Source: Deinococcus sp.
GTDB lineage: Bacteria > Deinococcota > Deinococci > Deinococcales > Deinococcaceae
Direction of reading: 5' to 3'
NCBI GenBank assembly: GCA_965261005.1
Contig: OZ253375.1
Span: 960,001-1,024,000 of the forward strand
Length of the DNA: 64,000 nucleotides
In this document: one piece after another, positions 60,310-64,000 of the stretch
Position numbering within the stretch: the first letter of the stretch is position 1
How the letters are laid out: each line of letters starts with the position of its first letter
The notes under the pieces: model-generated
What the model saw: the letters and a program-made list of their open reading frames with translations, nothing else
What the model was told of the DNA's origin: nothing
The model's database searches: none
Program-made: the position numbers and the translations under genes

Positions 60310-61053
60310 GTGAACTCGTCTAGGTTGTTCAGGCTTTTTTTTGCCGTTCTCCCGCTGCTGCTGGCCGCCTGCGCCCCGCGCGCATCCGGGGGCGCCCCCT
60401 TCGCGGCGGCCTTTTCGGGGGGCGGGGTGGTCTGGACGGCGAACGGGCGGACCTTTGTGGCCCGCGCCCCGCAGTTCGCGCCCGAGGCGGTGCGCACGCC
60501 GGGCCGGGTGGCGGACGTGGCTTGGCAAGGCGAGGGCGCCTGGGTGGCCTTGCCGGACGCGGGCTGGGTGCAGCGCGTCACCGGCGCCCCCGGCGTGGTG
60601 CGCGCGGGGCTGACCGTCAAACTCAGCGCGGCGCGCGTCTACCGTGAGGACGGCAGCGCCGTGACCTACTTAGGGGGACCGGCGACGGGGTTGCTGGGGG
60701 CGCCGGACGCCGTCATGACCGGCGGCGACGGGCTGGACTACGCGCTGGAGGGCGGCAAGCTGTACCAGCTCGGCGCGGCGCGCAGCTTGATTCGCGAAGG
60801 GGCGGGCGGCCCATATCTGGTCGCCACCCCGCAGGGGGCCGTCACCTCGACGGTGCCGGCGGCCGTGCATGACGGCGACCTCTACCGCCTCACGGGCGGC
60901 CAATTGGAGCGGGTGGACGCGGCCGGCGCCGTGCGCGCCGCCGTGCCCCACGCGCCGGGCCTGATCGGGCTGGCGGGCAACTTGGTCGTGACCATCACGC
61001 CGGGGGGCCAGCTGCGCCTGTTCCGCTACGATCTGTCCGAGGTGAAGCGGTGA
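60310..61053 (+). CDS. hypothetical lipoprotein
   Basis: LPLLLAAC lipobox; typical codon usage; located between murF and mraY. Confidence 0.75.
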   Translation: MNSSRLFRLFFAVLPLLLAACAPRASGGAPFAAAFSGGGVVWTANGRTFVARAPQFAPEAVRTPGRVADVAWQGEGAWVALPDAGWVQRVTGAPGVVRAGLTVKLSAARVYREDGSAVTYLGGPATGLLGAPDAVMTGGDGLDYALEGGKLYQLGAARSLIREGAGGPYLVATPQGAVTSTVPAAVHDGDLYRLTGGQLERVDAAGAVRAAVPHAPGLIGLAGNLVVTITPGGQLRLFRYDLSEVKR

Positions 61054-61081
61054 AACGAAGGCTGATTCGGAAAGCTGCCCC

Positions 61082-62002
61082 GTGCTGATCGCCGCCCTGC
61101 TGTCGTGGTTTTTGGTCGGCCTTCTCATTCGGGTATCGCGCGCTCGCGGGTGGGGCCAGAAGGTGCGCGCCGAGGGGCCGCAGACGCACCTCATCAAGTC
61201 GGGCACGCCCACGGCGGGCGGCGTCGGCTTCGTGCTGGCGCTGACGTTGGTGTGGCTCGCCCTGTACATCGGAAATCCCGATCCGAAGCAGCTGGTCGTG
61301 ATGCTCTCAACCTTGGCGATGGGCCTGATCGGCCTCGCGGACGACGTGCTCAAGATTCGCTCGCGCCTGACCGGCCGGGGGCCGTCCGAGCTGCGGGCGC
61401 GCGAGAAGTTTCCGCTGCAACTGCTGGTGGGGCTGGTCTTCGGCGTCTTCGCGTGGCTGCTCGCCCCGCCGCTGTGGCCGTTCTGGGGACCCCTCTTCGA
61501 CATCCCGCTGTACGCCGCCGTGATGGTGGGGGCGGCCAACGCCTTCAACTTCACCGACGGCCTGGACGGCTTGCTGGGGGGAGTCAGCATTATCGTGCTG
61601 CTGCCATTGGTCGCCCTGGGCACGCCGCTGGCCGCGCTGATGGTGGGGGCGCTGCTGGGCTTTTTGTGGTTCAACGCCCACCCGGCGCGGGTCTTCACGG
61701 GGGACATGGGGTCGCACGCCATCGGCGCCCTGGTCGCGGGCAGCTATGTGCTGAACGGCTTCGGCAACTTCACCTGGCTGCTGCCCGTCGCGGCCGTCAT
61801 CCCGGTCGTCGAGGTGCTGAGCGTCGTGATTCAGGTGGCCTACTTCCGGCGCACGGGCGGCAAGCGCGTGTTCAAGATGACGCCCATCCACCACCACTTC
61901 GAGCTGTCGGGCTGGGCGGAGACCAAGGTGACGCTGCGCTTCTGGCTGGTGACGGCCCTCGGCACGCTGATCGCGTGGTACCTCATGGGCGGACGGCCGT
62001 AA
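61082..62002 (+). CDS. mraY: phospho-MurNAc-pentapeptide transferase
   Basis: [44 protein letters not shown]. Confidence 0.96.
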   Translation: MLIAALLSWFLVGLLIRVSRARGWGQKVRAEGPQTHLIKSGTPTAGGVGFVLALTLVWLALYIGNPDPKQLVVMLSTLAMGLIGLADDVLKIRSRLTGRGPSELRAREKFPLQLLVGLVFGVFAWLLAPPLWPFWGPLFDIPLYAAVMVGAANAFNFTDGLDGLLGGVSIIVLLPLVALGTPLAALMVGALLGFLWFNAHPARVFTGDMGSHAIGALVAGSYVLNGFGNFTWLLPVAAVIPVVEVLSVVIQVAYFRRTGGKRVFKMTPIHHHFELSGWAETKVTLRFWLVTALGTLIAWYLMGGRP

Positions 62003-62038
62003 GCCGCGTGCATTTATGGTTACACTGCGCGTAACGTC

Positions 62039-63340
62039 ATGACATCAACTCCAAACTTCCTGATCTACGGCCTGGGGCGCAGCGGGCGGGGGGTGGCGCG
62101 CTTTCTGGGACGGCAAGGTTTGCGCGCCGAGTGGCTCGACGCCAACCCCTCGGCGGCCGACCTCGACGTGGTGGCGCAGCTTGGGTTTCCTGCGGGCGAC
62201 CCGGCAAGAATGTACCGAACCGTCGTGGCCGCCCCCGGCGTGCCGATTGACCATTCCGACCTGACACTGCTTCGTAGAAACGGCGCCGAGGTGATCGGCG
62301 AGGCCGAACTGGCCCAGCGCTTTTTCAGCGTGCCCATCCTCGGCGTGACCGGCACGGCGGGCAAGGGGGGCACCTCCAGCTTGAGCGCCCAGCTGCTGAG
62401 CGCCCTCGGCGTGTGCGCGGCCCTCGGCGGCAACTTCGACCCGCCCCTGCTCGACGTGATCGAGGGGGCCGAGGTGGCGGTCGCCGAGCTGTCGAGCTTT
62501 CAATTGGAGCGCGTGCAGGACTTCCGGCCGGCAGTCGCGGTCATCACCAACCTGGGTATAGACCACCTCGACCGCCACGGCAGCGTGGGGGCCTACCATG
62601 CGGCCAAGCGCAACATCACGCGGGCGCAGACGGAGGCGGACGTGCTGATCCTGCCGCAGGGATTAGACCTGCCGACAAAGGCGCGGGTCCGACGCTTCGA
62701 CGGGAACAGGCTCGCGCTCTCGGACGGCCAGGAGGTCCTGTCCCCCTTCGAGCTGCCCGCCGGGCACCATCCCGCCAACGCGGCGGCGGCGCTGCTGGCG
62801 GTGGAGGCGATGATGCAGGGGTTGCACCGAGTGCTGGATGTGGCGAGCTTGCGCGCCGCCCTGCTGGCCGCCGAGCCGCTGCCGGGCCGCTTCGAGACGG
62901 TGGCCGCCTCGGGCGATCTGCGCTTCGTCGAGGACTCCATCGCCACCCGAACCTTGGCGGTGCGCTCAGCCCTGGAGCGCGCCACGTCCCCCATCGCCTG
63001 GATCGTGGGCGGGCGCGACAAGGGCGCCGACCTGGCCCCCTTGGAGGAACTGGCGGCGCAAAAAGTCGCCCATCTGGTCGCCTACGGCGAGGACGGCCCC
63101 AAGTTCGCGGCGCACTTTCGGGGATGTTCGGGCGTGCCGGTCAGCCTGATTGAGGCGCGGGACGGCGAGGCCGCCATGCGGGCGGCGGTGCGAACGGCGG
63201 CGGGCGCCCTGCCGGGAAGAGGCACGGTGCTGCTGGCCCCCATCGGGACCAGCTTTGACCTCTTCGCCGACTACAAGGCGCGCGGGCGGGCTTTCGCAAA
63301 GGCGGCGCGCGAGCTGGTTGAAGGGCGGGTGAACGCGTGA
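62039..63340 (+). CDS. murD: UDP-MurNAc-L-Ala--D-Glu ligase
   Basis: GLGRSG, GVTGTAGK, ELSSFQL, DHLDRH, DSIAT, GGRDKG. Confidence 0.94.
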   Translation: MTSTPNFLIYGLGRSGRGVARFLGRQGLRAEWLDANPSAADLDVVAQLGFPAGDPARMYRTVVAAPGVPIDHSDLTLLRRNGAEVIGEAELAQRFFSVPILGVTGTAGKGGTSSLSAQLLSALGVCAALGGNFDPPLLDVIEGAEVAVAELSSFQLERVQDFRPAVAVITNLGIDHLDRHGSVGAYHAAKRNITRAQTEADVLILPQGLDLPTKARVRRFDGNRLALSDGQEVLSPFELPAGHHPANAAAALLAVEAMMQGLHRVLDVASLRAALLAAEPLPGRFETVAASGDLRFVEDSIATRTLAVRSALERATSPIAWIVGGRDKGADLAPLEELAAQKVAHLVAYGEDGPKFAAHFRGCSGVPVSLIEARDGEAAMRAAVRTAAGALPGRGTVLLAPIGTSFDLFADYKARGRAFAKAARELVEGRVNA

Positions 63341-64000
63341 GCCTGAACCTGGTGATCGCCCAATTGGTGCTGCTGGCCCTCGGGCTGGTGGGTATCTCGA
63401 CCGCGCGGCCCGACCTGGTGCCCGACCACGCCGGCAAAATTCTGATCGCGCTGGTGGTCACTTTTTTGGCGTCGCGGCTGCGGCCGAGGGCGTTCCTCAA
63501 GCTGGCAACCCCGCTGTGGATCGCCTCGCTGATCTTGCTGGCCTTGGTGCTGGTGATCGGCGTGGGCGGCGAGTGGGGCGGCGGGCGGCGCTGGCTCGAC
63601 TTCGGCGGGCCGCTGCGCTTTCAGCCCTCGGAGTTCGCCAAGCTGGCGCTGGTGTTGCAGCTGGCGTCCTTTTTTGCCCGGCGCGGCGTGCAGAAGAAGC
63701 TGCTCAGCGCCACCCTGATGATCGTGACGACCACCCTGCTGGTGCTGCTGGAACCGGACCTCGGCACCACCGTGCTCGTCTTTACGCTGGGCGTCGCGGT
63801 GATGTACGCGGCCGGCGTGCGCTTCAGCTCCATCGGGGCGCTGCTGCTCGCGCTGGGGCTGCTGGCGCTGCCCTTTGCCTCGGTGTACCTGGAGAAGAAC
63901 CCCTACATCGTGGAGCGCTTGCGCGGCCACCAAGAGGCCAAGGCCGGCGACACCCAGAACGAGGGCTACCAGATCGCCACCGCCCACCGCGACATGCGGG
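63337..64000 (+). CDS. ftsW: SEDS protein FtsW (partial, runs off window)
   Basis: GTGA overlap with murD; RRWLDFG...FQPSEFAK, LEPDLGT, EGYQ. Confidence 0.9.
   Translation, partial: MSLNLVIAQLVLLALGLVGISTARPDLVPDHAGKILIALVVTFLASRLRPRAFLKLATPLWIASLILLALVLVIGVGGEWGGGRRWLDFGGPLRFQPSEFAKLALVLQLASFFARRGVQKKLLSATLMIVTTTLLVLLEPDLGTTVLVFTLGVAVMYAAGVRFSSIGALLLALGLLALPFASVYLEKNPYIVERLRGHQEAKAGDTQNEGYQIATAHRDMR

Overview
High-GC chromosomal window from a Deinococcota bacterium, most likely Deinococcus-like. This is inferred from MglAB, PolX-PHP, FtsK with a long N-terminal extension, HspR (HAIR) boxes and many apparently leaderless genes. It is mostly core genome: glgA, feoABC, trkAH, nrdR, groESL, ndh, pilT, greA, mnmA, lysA-like, mglBA, ftsK, dnaG, lon, polX, livKHMGF and the start of the dcw cluster (murF-mraY-murD-ftsW). 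Four short AT-rich accessory patches interrupt it. (1) A CHAP amidase plus an unknown exported protein at the left edge. (2) A GNAT gene beside a dppC-like remnant. (3) A minus-strand mini-operon at 21997-22756 encoding two tiny Sec-type secreted two-cysteine peptides that share a V-x-P-x-G-C motif, followed by a thioredoxin-like CxxC protein, with a complete IS4-like element just upstream. (4) An HTH gene coupled to a motif-variant peptide deformylase, followed by IS982 and APH remnants and an Xre-RES toxin-antitoxin pair. The best candidate for an undescribed system is (3). Other notable items are a GGDEF-ribbon-helix-helix fusion with a palindromic operator and a 175-bp MITE whose ends form the stop codons of both flanking genes. 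All calls come from manual reading; no database searches were run.
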